Translations under genes and position numbers: made by a program
From: Candidatus Methanoperedenaceae archaeon
GTDB taxonomy: Archaea; Halobacteriota; Methanosarcinia; Methanosarcinales; Methanoperedenaceae
Reading direction: 5' to 3'
Length of the DNA: 64,000 nt
NCBI GenBank assembly: GCA_963753595.1
Contig: CAVWCX010000024.1
Span: 64,001-128,000, forward strand
Notes under the pieces: model-generated
Databases searched by the model: none
Told to the model about the DNA's origin: nothing
The model's input: the letters and a program-made list of their open reading frames with translations, nothing else
In this document: positions 18,125 through 25,740 of the stretch, one piece after another
Position numbering within the stretch: position 1 is the first letter of the stretch
How the letters are laid out: each line of letters opens with the position of its first letter

Positions 18125-19665
18125 CATTGGTCATCGGTTAAGCCCACCAGTCATCCCTGAACCGATGTCTACTGACATGGGGATCAAGTGCCTGACTTGA
18201 ATAGACATTCATAACAGTCAGAATAGTTCTTTCAATCCCATAATACCGAAGTATCAGAGTAAGCTGTTTATCAGCATTTTCGGCAAAAATCGTACTCCAT
18301 CGCAATTGTGTAAAACGAGAACCAATATCTTTTGGATTATACTTCCGAACTAACGAATATATTCTCCTGCTTACTAAAAGGGTAAGAATCGATATCCAGA
18401 TAAAGGCTTCGATAATTTGTGTGTTCTTTGTATTCACAACATCAAGAGCGTATCTGCTTTTCAGTTCTTTAAAGATCAGTTCAATATCCCATCTTGCTCC
18501 ATAGAGTTTCGCAACATCCTCAGCCTCCAAAACATCTTTTGCAATATTAGTAAGATAGACATGATACTTTTCTTCATCTTCATTAAAAACCGCTACCAAT
18601 CGGAACTGTTCCATTCTTGTCTTACTTTTCCCATTATAATTCGGTTTCTTGAATGAGACCTCAACTTCAACATCGAGTACTTGTCTTTTTAACTTGGGGA
18701 GAATTTCACTGATATATTTCCCTTTCACATCAATACTATTCCCCCGACACGTATTATGCACATCAACAATAAGAGGATCCGCACTTCCTTTCAATCTGGA
18801 CACGAAGTAACCGCCATTCTCCTTGATTTTAGCAAAGAGTAGATGTTTGTAGAAACCAAGATCGATAAGAAGAATTCTATCTTTTATCCATGGACCTATT
18901 CGCAGAGTCTTCAATTCATTTGTACTTTCAGGATGAATAGTGATGCTTTTTGGGCTGTTTGCCACGGCACTTACCAACAAACTCACTTTAACGCCAGCTG
19001 CTACCGTTCTGGAACGTGCTGCCGGGAATTTTTTAGCAAGAGACTTATGCAATCTGATAATTGTGCTGTCCTGTATCATTACATCCTGGAATTTAGCTAT
19101 TTTTTCATTGAGAACTTTGGTTTGTTCCTTAGCAAGCTGTTCAATTCCATGAGTTACACATAGCCTCAGGAATACAACAAGTTCAGGTGTGAATCTTTCA
19201 TACCAGCTGCTGTCGCTCAGTTTTTTATTGGAAAACTTTTCATAATTCCGTTTGACAAAGGCTAGATTTCTTGCAAGGCGAACACCATAACTATTGACAA
19301 GAACCCAAAACATTTCTACGGCTGTCACTTTTCTCTCTCTTTCTATGAGGCCGGTTTCTTTTGCTGCTTGTTTCAGCCATTCTGGAGGGAATAGTGTGTA
19401 GAGGTCTTTTTCAATTATATCGGGGTCATAAGATGGGATTTTTGTGTTTGGTTCTTTGGGCTTTTTCATGCTACTGATCCTCTTTCTAATTTTAATACAG
19501 TAAAATTAGAATTTTTAAGTAATATATGCATGCTAAGACGATAAATGCTTCGCTATATAACGATTATTTCAACTGGAAACCCAAAGCTATTGACTAAAAA
19601 CGAGTAATTCTGCAATCTTTTTTGAGATAATTCATTGAGCAGAATTCCTTAACCGATGACCAATG
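18125..19665 (-). mobile_element. IS4-family insertion sequence, copy 2 (1541 bp)
   Basis: Same 18-bp IRs as copy 1; 10-bp TSD GGTTCTCCTC at 18115-18124 and 19666-19675. Confidence 0.95.
18138..19469 (-). CDS. IS4-family transposase (443 aa)
   Basis: Identical to copy 1 except A->V (ELVVFL) and a 2-aa deletion (MDTEQ->MEQ). Confidence 0.95.
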   Translation of the reverse strand: MKKPKEPNTKIPSYDPDIIEKDLYTLFPPEWLKQAAKETGLIERERKVTAVEMFWVLVNSYGVRLARNLAFVKRNYEKFSNKKLSDSSWYERFTPELVVFLRLCVTHGIEQLAKEQTKVLNEKIAKFQDVMIQDSTIIRLHKSLAKKFPAARSRTVAAGVKVSLLVSAVANSPKSITIHPESTNELKTLRIGPWIKDRILLIDLGFYKHLLFAKIKENGGYFVSRLKGSADPLIVDVHNTCRGNSIDVKGKYISEILPKLKRQVLDVEVEVSFKKPNYNGKSKTRMEQFRLVAVFNEDEEKYHVYLTNIAKDVLEAEDVAKLYGARWDIELIFKELKSRYALDVVNTKNTQIIEAFIWISILTLLVSRRIYSLVRKYNPKDIGSRFTQLRWSTIFAENADKQLTLILRYYGIERTILTVMNVYSSQALDPHVSRHRFRDDWWA

Positions 19666-20185
19666 GGTTCTCCTCCCTGTTCATGACCTGTTGGAGTGGA
19701 TACAGGTTTCTGTGAAGGAGTTGAAACCGGTGTCGGTTCTGTTGTTGTTTCTTTCCCGGCACAGCCAGCAAAAAACACAATAGATGCGATAATTAATACG
19801 AAAATCAAATTTCTAATAGTTTTATTCATAATATTCCCACTTTATTACAAATTAATGTTCTTGCCATTTATAAATTCCTGTAATTCATGTCTTTTTGAAT
19901 TGCGAGTGTGCCTGGGCTGAGGTTTGTTCCTCAGTCTATTCACATTTTCAATTTTATAATTCCAGCAACACCATTCACAGGCACTGATGTATAGGATTAT
20001 ACATGTATGGTCATAATTGTACATAAAAAATAATATATTATTCCACTGGAAATAATGGGGTAGTATTAATAATGGTTGCCTGGAATGATATGATTTTCAG
20101 GGTCATTTTACCGGGAAAGTTTCTGCAGGATGAGATGAAAGGTTTAAGTTCATAGATGCAACATACGATATTTATTGGGGCCAAA

Positions 20186-20431
20186 ATGAAAATAGAAAAA
20201 TTGAGTTTTGCAGAAATGAAGAACAGGATAAAAGAACATTTACAACTGGCGCTAAATATTGAAGATTTTTCGATTAACTTCGCCAAACAAGAGGGGGATG
20301 TCTGGAAGGTTAATGTAGAGTTCAAAGAGAAGACTGGTGCTATAGATATGCCTACAACAGCGTTATTTATTTTAGATGCAATGACAGGGGAAGTAAAAGA
20401 ATTTAAAAAGGGTTATATCTCGACTTTTTGA
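20186..20431 (+). CDS. Small hypothetical protein, PepSY-like pattern
   Basis: W.V.V.F...F.LDAMTGEV motif. Confidence 0.6.
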   Translation: MKIEKLSFAEMKNRIKEHLQLALNIEDFSINFAKQEGDVWKVNVEFKEKTGAIDMPTTALFILDAMTGEVKEFKKGYISTF

Positions 20432-20530
20432 CGAATGAATCCTGCATATCTTTGGTTTTTCCCAAAACTTTACCTACCGCTTTTTAAAATATAGTTAAGA
20501 ACCTAATTTTCAATACTAATTTCTTGAATA

Positions 20531-20598
20531 CTTTGCGTTCTTGGCGTGCTTTGCGGTGTTTGATTTTATTCACCGCAGAGGACGCAAAGATCGCAAAG
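20531..20598. repeat. 9-bp-periodic palindrome (CGCAAAG core)
   Basis: CTTTGCGTTCTTGGCGTGCTTTGCGGTG ... CACCGCAGAGGACGCAAAGATCGCAAAG; a single arm recurs at 25423-25441. Confidence 0.85.
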
Positions 20599-20706
20599 AT
20601 AAGTTCAAAACGTTTAGTTTTTAACTATAAATCCAATAATCGTGATATTTCATTGTTAAGTAAAACTTATATCCCAAAAGATAATGTAGAAAATAGGGAA
20701 AAAACG

Positions 20707-21120
20707 ATGATTAAGACAATTGACCATATTGGGATTCTAACAAATGACTTACAGCGATCAGTTGAATTCTATACTGATGTGCTTGGTTTTTCTATTTCCG
20801 CCAAGATCGAAATGGATGATGCAGGTTTTTCTGCAATTTTTGTCGAAAAAAACGGCAGCAGGATAGAACTTATGGGATATAGGGGCGCAATTCCGGAGCG
20901 TTCAGGGGGTATTGAAATTAAATTGGGTGGAGGTTTGATCCCCATAAACGACCACATTACTTTTTCCGTTGATGACATCGAAGCGACAGTAACCGGGCTT
21001 AAAGAGAAGGGAGTCAAATTTAGCCTGGAGCCGGTACAAATAGAAGGAGGAATGAAAATCACTTCCTTCAAAGACCCGGACGGTGTGCTGATCGAACTGG
21101 TGGAACATCCTGAACAATAA
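20707..21120 (+). CDS. VOC/glyoxalase family protein
   Basis: IDHIGI...SVEFYTDVLGF, IELM, DHITFSVDDIE, FKDPDGVLIELVE. Confidence 0.9.
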   Translation: MIKTIDHIGILTNDLQRSVEFYTDVLGFSISAKIEMDDAGFSAIFVEKNGSRIELMGYRGAIPERSGGIEIKLGGGLIPINDHITFSVDDIEATVTGLKEKGVKFSLEPVQIEGGMKITSFKDPDGVLIELVEHPEQ

Positions 21121-21172
21121 AACAAATGCATAGAAGATATAAAAGTATAGAAATCCAAACAATAAATGGCCC

Positions 21173-21556
21173 ATGGTTAAAAAAACATATTACGAAATAT
21201 TAGAAGTCGATAAGAAAGCATCCCTGAAAGATATAAAGTCCGCTTACCGCAGACTGGCTATTCTATATCATCCCGATAAAAACAAGTTACCGGAAGCCGA
21301 AGAAATGTTTAAAGGGATCGCAGAGGCTTATTCAGTATTATCAGACCCGGGAAAACGGAAACAATATGACCTGGACAATGAACCAGGAAATGTGCTAAGA
21401 AATAAACAAGAAAAGATGTGGGAAATAATAAGAGAGCAAAGACAAAGAGAAGCCAGAGCAAACCAGATGATATGGGAATTCAATCAGTACATGGAAAAAG
21501 AGCGTATCAAAGATAAACAAAGGGAACAAGAAGCTATGAATATTATGTATGCGTGA
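21173..21556 (+). CDS. J-domain (DnaJ-like) protein
   Basis: [19 protein letters not shown] motif, AYSVLSDP; no zinc finger or C-terminal domain. Confidence 0.88.
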   Translation: MVKKTYYEILEVDKKASLKDIKSAYRRLAILYHPDKNKLPEAEEMFKGIAEAYSVLSDPGKRKQYDLDNEPGNVLRNKQEKMWEIIREQRQREARANQMIWEFNQYMEKERIKDKQREQEAMNIMYA

Positions 21557-21796
21557 ATATAAAAAGCTCTTTCGGCGGAAATGGAACTCAATGTTATTAT
21601 TATTTTTTAAGCGTATCATCTTTCAAGGAACGGGCGCGCCTGACGGCGGAAAAATGGGGCTAAAGCCCGATCAGGGAATGACCCTGCGCCGCCTGCGGGC
21701 GGATGGATGATCCGGGATTGTTTTAAATAAAAGTTTGGGATTATATTGTTTTTTATAGGTAAACTTTTTATCTATGTAAATTGTGTATATGATTAT

Positions 21797-22582
21797 ATGG
21801 AAAATAATTTAAAACTTTCCACAAATTACATCATAAAATCGTTATTTGAGCAGGAATATTACTATTTCACAGTGCGTGAGCTTGCGGGTTTATTAAAAGT
21901 CCCTGTTGAAAAAGCATATACTATTGTTGCAAGGCTAAAGGACAGAGGGTTTATTAAACCCGTAGAGAGGGGTAAGTATCTCTTGCTTGGTTTTGAACCA
22001 GAACACGTTCTTTCCAATCCGCTTTTTATAGCATCAAGGGTTGTTTATCCTTCATATGTGAGCTTCTGGAGCGCCCTGAATTTCTACGGCTTTACAGAAC
22101 AGGTTCCGATCATGGTTTTTCTTGCATCTGCCAGGAAAAAGAAAGAGTTAGAGTTCAACAATTCCAGGTTCAAATATGTGCTGATGAATCCGGAGAAGTT
22201 TTTCGGATACAGGAAAGAGAGAATAGGAGAACTTGATTTCCTGATCGCAGAAGAAGAAAAGGCAGTCATTGATAGTCTTTACCTCCCTGAGAATGCAGGC
22301 GGAATGGCTGAGGTGATAAAAGCGGTTTATAATGCAAAAGATAAAGTTGATCCTGAGAAACTATTTGCGTATGCATCAGCTATGAAGAACAGGAGCCTGT
22401 GCTCAAGATTAGGGTACCTGCTTGAGAGATTCGGCGCTGATGCAGGGATGTTATTGGAATGTTCGTCGAATGAGTACGTCAAGCTTGATCCGGCAAGAAA
22501 GAAGAGCAAGGTCTGGGATAAAAAGTGGCATGTTAATGTGAATATGAACGAAGAAGAGCTCCTTGGATGGAGGGAGACTTAG
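21797..22582 (+). CDS. abiEi: Type IV TA AbiEi-family antitoxin
   Basis: N-terminal wHTH (RLKDRGFIKPVERGKY), SYVSFWSALNFYGFTEQVP, AEEEKAVID, RLGYLLE, KKWHVNVN. Confidence 0.85.
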   Translation: MENNLKLSTNYIIKSLFEQEYYYFTVRELAGLLKVPVEKAYTIVARLKDRGFIKPVERGKYLLLGFEPEHVLSNPLFIASRVVYPSYVSFWSALNFYGFTEQVPIMVFLASARKKKELEFNNSRFKYVLMNPEKFFGYRKERIGELDFLIAEEEKAVIDSLYLPENAGGMAEVIKAVYNAKDKVDPEKLFAYASAMKNRSLCSRLGYLLERFGADAGMLLECSSNEYVKLDPARKKSKVWDKKWHVNVNMNEEELLGWRET

Positions 22583-23880
22583 GGATTGCCGAAAAATAAC
22601 TTATCTAAATTAATTCCCTTCCTCTTTTGGGGAAAGAGAATAATTCCATTTTGGGTGTAAAGAATGGTATTCTATCTTCAATCTTGCCATATCTTCATCA
22701 GAGAATTTAACTCCTTTATTATATTCCTTTTCATCTAATAGCGATGCCACAGTAAGACCTTTGTTTGTCTTTGTGCCACTGATCAGTTCAATAATTGTTT
22801 CAAAACTAACGAGCGGTTTCCCCTTCCAATTCATTGTAATGAATGAGAACATGCGATGTTCTATCTTGTTCCATTTGCTTGTCCCAGGAGGGTAATGGCA
22901 TACGGTAATAGGTATTTTTATTTGGTTCACCAATTCTTGTAAATGAAATTTCCAGCCTTTATTGCGACTTCCATTGCTCCCCCCACCATCTGCACATATC
23001 ATCAGACCTTTTGCATCTGGATAATTATTTCTTCCAAACATAAGCCACCATTGCCTTATGCTTTCAACGGCAAATTCGGACGTATCATAACTCATTCCCA
23101 CATTTACCATTCCTTCATTTCTCTTAAGATCATAAATCCCATATGGTGTCGCCCTTCCAATCCCAAGTGAAGGAAAATCATACACATTTACTTCTTTTGC
23201 CTTGCCTTTTTTCTCCCATGTTCTTCCAGGATTTTTGAATTCTCCTACATTTTCTTTCTTTTTTGCATCAACTGATATTACGGGATACTCCTGATTTATA
23301 AATTCTTTAGCTTTTTCGTTTATATACCTGAACTGGGCATCTCTTTCGGGAACTGAAGAACCTTCGATGTTTTTCTTATTGGCCTGAAGCGAGTAATCGT
23401 TTTCCTTCAATAAACGTCCTACTGTATCTGGATCGATTTTATGTTTTAGCTTTTTCAATTCATCAGCGATCTTGTAGGTTGATTTGTTTGTCCATTTCAG
23501 CAGGCTCATTGGGTCGCCTGAGGTGTTTTCATCCATTATTTTTTCAAGATCTCCAATTATTTCGGGATCTTTTATTTCTACCTTTTTTCTTCCTCCTCCA
23601 AGTGCTCGAAGTCTTTCTGGAGGTTTAAGTTTCTCTGACGTTTTGAGTTCCTCTATCCCTTTATGGATAGTCGAATGGGACATGCCTGTTAATTCTTCAA
23701 CTTTTGAGACTCCACCCCACCCAATTTCAAGTGCTATGGCTCCTGCAAAACGTCTTGCTTGAACTTCATCCGCTCCTGATAGGGCTTTTAGCCACCATGT
23801 GTACTCCTTGTTAGTATCCATGCCACTATATATGATGGCTTAGATTATATAATTTACTAATTTATTTTTAGGTATTGCCT
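22581..23880 (-). mobile_element. ISAzo13-family insertion sequence between abiEi and abiEii
   Basis: Imperfect IR AGGGATTGCCGAAAAATAA / TTATTTTTAGGTATTGCCT; TTAG at both junctions (22579-22582, 23880-23883). Exact ends are uncertain by a few bp. Confidence 0.8.
22610..23821 (-). CDS. ISAzo13-family transposase
   Basis: GDPMSLLKWTNKS, YSLQANKK, RDAQFRYIN, ISVDAKKKE, ADGGGSNG, HYPPGTSKWNKIEHRMFS, HPKWNY. Confidence 0.93.
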   Translation of the reverse strand: MDTNKEYTWWLKALSGADEVQARRFAGAIALEIGWGGVSKVEELTGMSHSTIHKGIEELKTSEKLKPPERLRALGGGRKKVEIKDPEIIGDLEKIMDENTSGDPMSLLKWTNKSTYKIADELKKLKHKIDPDTVGRLLKENDYSLQANKKNIEGSSVPERDAQFRYINEKAKEFINQEYPVISVDAKKKENVGEFKNPGRTWEKKGKAKEVNVYDFPSLGIGRATPYGIYDLKRNEGMVNVGMSYDTSEFAVESIRQWWLMFGRNNYPDAKGLMICADGGGSNGSRNKGWKFHLQELVNQIKIPITVCHYPPGTSKWNKIEHRMFSFITMNWKGKPLVSFETIIELISGTKTNKGLTVASLLDEKEYNKGVKFSDEDMARLKIEYHSLHPKWNYSLSPKEEGN

Positions 23881-23884
23881 TAGC

Positions 23885-24676
23885 ATGCTGACGAGGAAGC
23901 AAATTGAAAAGATCGCCCTGAAGAACAGGGTGTCGCTATTTACCCAGGAGAGGGACTATGTACAGGCAGTATACCTTAGCCTTCTGTATTCGAAGACAAT
24001 CGGTTTAATATTCAAGGGGGGCACCTGCCTTCGAATTGCTTACAGTTCACCGAGATATTCTGAGGATCTGGATTTTAACTCAAATCTTGATGAAGATGAG
24101 GCATATAAAATGCTGGAAACAGCAGTAAAGGAGCTTGAGTATTTCGGCATCAGGGCACAGATCAGGAACAAGAGGATGTCCAGGTCAGGATTTGGCTTTG
24201 CCCTGAGTTATATGGGGCCCCTATACGAAGGAAGGGATATTACCAAAGGTATGGTAAGAATTGATGTCAGTTTGAGAGGGGAGAACGTATCTGAAGAAAG
24301 AGTAATGGTGCGTACAGAATACGATGATGTAAAGGCATTTGTTATCAGTGCGGCAAGCTTTGACCATATATTTGCGCAAATGGTGAGGGCGCTGCTGGTG
24401 AGAGGAATGGCAAGAGATCTTTATGACCTGTGGTTCCTGCTGGAAAGAGGGGTAAAACCCGACATTGAGTTAATAAACAGCAAGCTTGCTCTTTATGATA
24501 AGAGTTATTCCAGCAAGGAAATGAATGAGCGCATAGCGCAGCTTGAGAAAGGCTGGAGCAAAGACCTTTTACCGCTGCTTGGTGTGGTGGTTCCCTATGA
24601 GGTTGCGACGAAGAGGGTGGTTGATGGGTTGATGTCTATAAGTAAATCTTATCATGGTGGTCGTAATCTTCAATGA
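23885..24676 (+). CDS. abiEii: Type IV TA AbiEii nucleotidyltransferase toxin
   Basis: ERDY, FKGGTCLRIAY, RYSEDLDF, RDLYDLWFL. Confidence 0.88.
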   Translation: MLTRKQIEKIALKNRVSLFTQERDYVQAVYLSLLYSKTIGLIFKGGTCLRIAYSSPRYSEDLDFNSNLDEDEAYKMLETAVKELEYFGIRAQIRNKRMSRSGFGFALSYMGPLYEGRDITKGMVRIDVSLRGENVSEERVMVRTEYDDVKAFVISAASFDHIFAQMVRALLVRGMARDLYDLWFLLERGVKPDIELINSKLALYDKSYSSKEMNERIAQLEKGWSKDLLPLLGVVVPYEVATKRVVDGLMSISKSYHGGRNLQ

Positions 24677-24899
24677 TTACAACTTTATTCTGTTCATCAA
24701 TTGAATAAGTTAAAACAAAGCTCTTATCAATTTGAACTCTTCGTAAATGCTGCATTGGTGCTCTCAATGGTTTGAAATGTGATGGCTTTTCACAAATCTG
24801 TTTTATCTTTTTTTCGATTATCTGCATCTGCTTTGGATTTTTCTTTGCAAGCTTGGAAAATATCTCATCAACGCTTTTTCTTACTTCAAGAGAATACAT
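24636..24899 (-). CDS. RelE/ParE-superfamily toxin
   Basis: MYSLE, KPLRAPMQHLRRVQIDKSFVLTY, DYDHHDKIY. Confidence 0.8.
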   Translation of the reverse strand: MYSLEVRKSVDEIFSKLAKKNPKQMQIIEKKIKQICEKPSHFKPLRAPMQHLRRVQIDKSFVLTYSIDEQNKVVIIEDYDHHDKIYL

Positions 24900-24900
24900 G

Positions 24901-25134
24901 CTATTTTAAACCATAATGGCTTCCAAAATTCGTGATTTTTACAGTTTTCTCTTTTTGCCGTGTTTTCATTTTTTCTATAAATTCAGGCCGAAGTTCAGGT
25001 TCAAGAAGTAATTTTCCATATTCATTTACCACTATATTGATCGCCTCTGATTTTGTCCTGAGTCCGTGTTTTGCCTTGACTATATTTAAAACCCTATTGG
25101 CTTCATCATTTATGTTTACTATTGCTTGTACCAT
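24901..25134 (-). CDS. Antitoxin (DUF2683-like)
   Basis: MVQAIVNINDEANRVLNIVKAKHGLRTKSEAI...EPELRPEFIEK; 1 bp upstream of the toxin gene. Confidence 0.75.
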   Translation of the reverse strand: MVQAIVNINDEANRVLNIVKAKHGLRTKSEAINIVVNEYGKLLLEPELRPEFIEKMKTRQKEKTVKITNFGSHYGLK

Positions 25135-25204
25135 ATTAATGCAATAGTAATAGAATGTTAATATCGTATATACTTTTCAGTTAAATCCAAACTTATTTTC
25201 CAAA

Positions 25205-25290
25205 CTATTCTGCCAGCATCCTCCCCACAACCGCTTCCATCAACCTCTCGCTGTCCGCCTGCGAGCACATGAGTCCGGCTTCAAGTTCAT
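25205..25290 (-). repeat. hsdS 3'-end fragment, copy 3
   Basis: Translates ELEAGLMCSQADSERLMEAVVGRMLAE*, matching the HsdS C-terminus. Confidence 0.9.
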
Positions 25291-25346
25291 GATTTTTTTT
25301 AAGGCGCCGATGTTTCCGCAATAATGAGGAGATATCGGCTTTATTT

Positions 25347-25376
25347 AACCGCAGATTAACGCAGATGCACGCAGAT
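25347..25376. repeat. Single arm of CGCAGAT-core periodic repeat; reverse-complement arm at 31591-31621
   Basis: AACCGCAGATTAACGCAGATGCACGCAGAT versus AATCTGCGTTCATCTGCGTTTATCTGCGGTT. Confidence 0.8.
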
Positions 25377-25468
25377 AAAAATCGACATTTCGGCGCAAAT
25401 ATATGTCCAAAAAGCGCTCATGCTTTGCGTTCTTTGCGGTGAAAACATAAGCAGAGTCAATCTGCATC

Positions 25469-25554
25469 AAATAGAACGCGGATGACACGGATTGCGCGGA
25501 TTTCCACGGATACGAAATCTGTGCGTATCCGCGTCATCCGCACAATCCGCGTTC
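25469..25554. repeat. 9-bp-periodic palindrome (CACGGAT core), near-identical to 31755-31844
   Basis: GAACGCGGATGACACGGATTGCGCGGATTTCCACGGATACGAAATCTGTGCGTATCCGCGTCATCCGCACAATCCGCGTTC. Confidence 0.9.
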
Positions 25555-25561
25555 CCATAGT

Positions 25562-25700
25562 TTATTCCCCCGCCAGCATCCTCCCCACAACCGCCTCCAT
25601 CAGCTTCTCGCTGTCCGCCTGCGAGCGCATGAGTCCGGCTTCAAGCTTATCGCAGAGTGACATGAGCTGTTCGACCCTGGCGACGATGCGGCGATGGTTT
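25562..25700 (-). repeat. hsdS 3'-end fragment, copy 2
   Basis: Translates HRRIVARVEQLMSLCDKLEAGLMRSQADSEKLMEAVVGRMLAGE*. Confidence 0.92.
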
Positions 25701-25740
25701 TCAACATTCAATCCGTGAAATATAAATCCCATAGATATTT

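Larger units (their letters stand above)
17373..19829 (-). pseudogene. Dienelactone hydrolase-family lipoprotein interrupted by IS4 copy 2
   Basis: N-part 19829-19666 has signal/lipobox FFAGC and a Pro/Thr linker. C-part 18114-17373 has HEWWGLN, GWCYGG, YEGAGHAF. The parts join in frame (906 nt) once the IS and one TSD are removed. Confidence 0.92.

Noticed and set aside
11427-19665. Composite transposon formed by the two IS4 copies
   Set aside because: Each copy has its own distinct TSD, so they inserted independently.
25482-25718. ORF MTRIARISTDTKSVRIRVIR... (also 31736-32065 and the 20524 extension)
   Set aside because: Artefacts of translating the periodic palindromes and antisense hsdS sequence.
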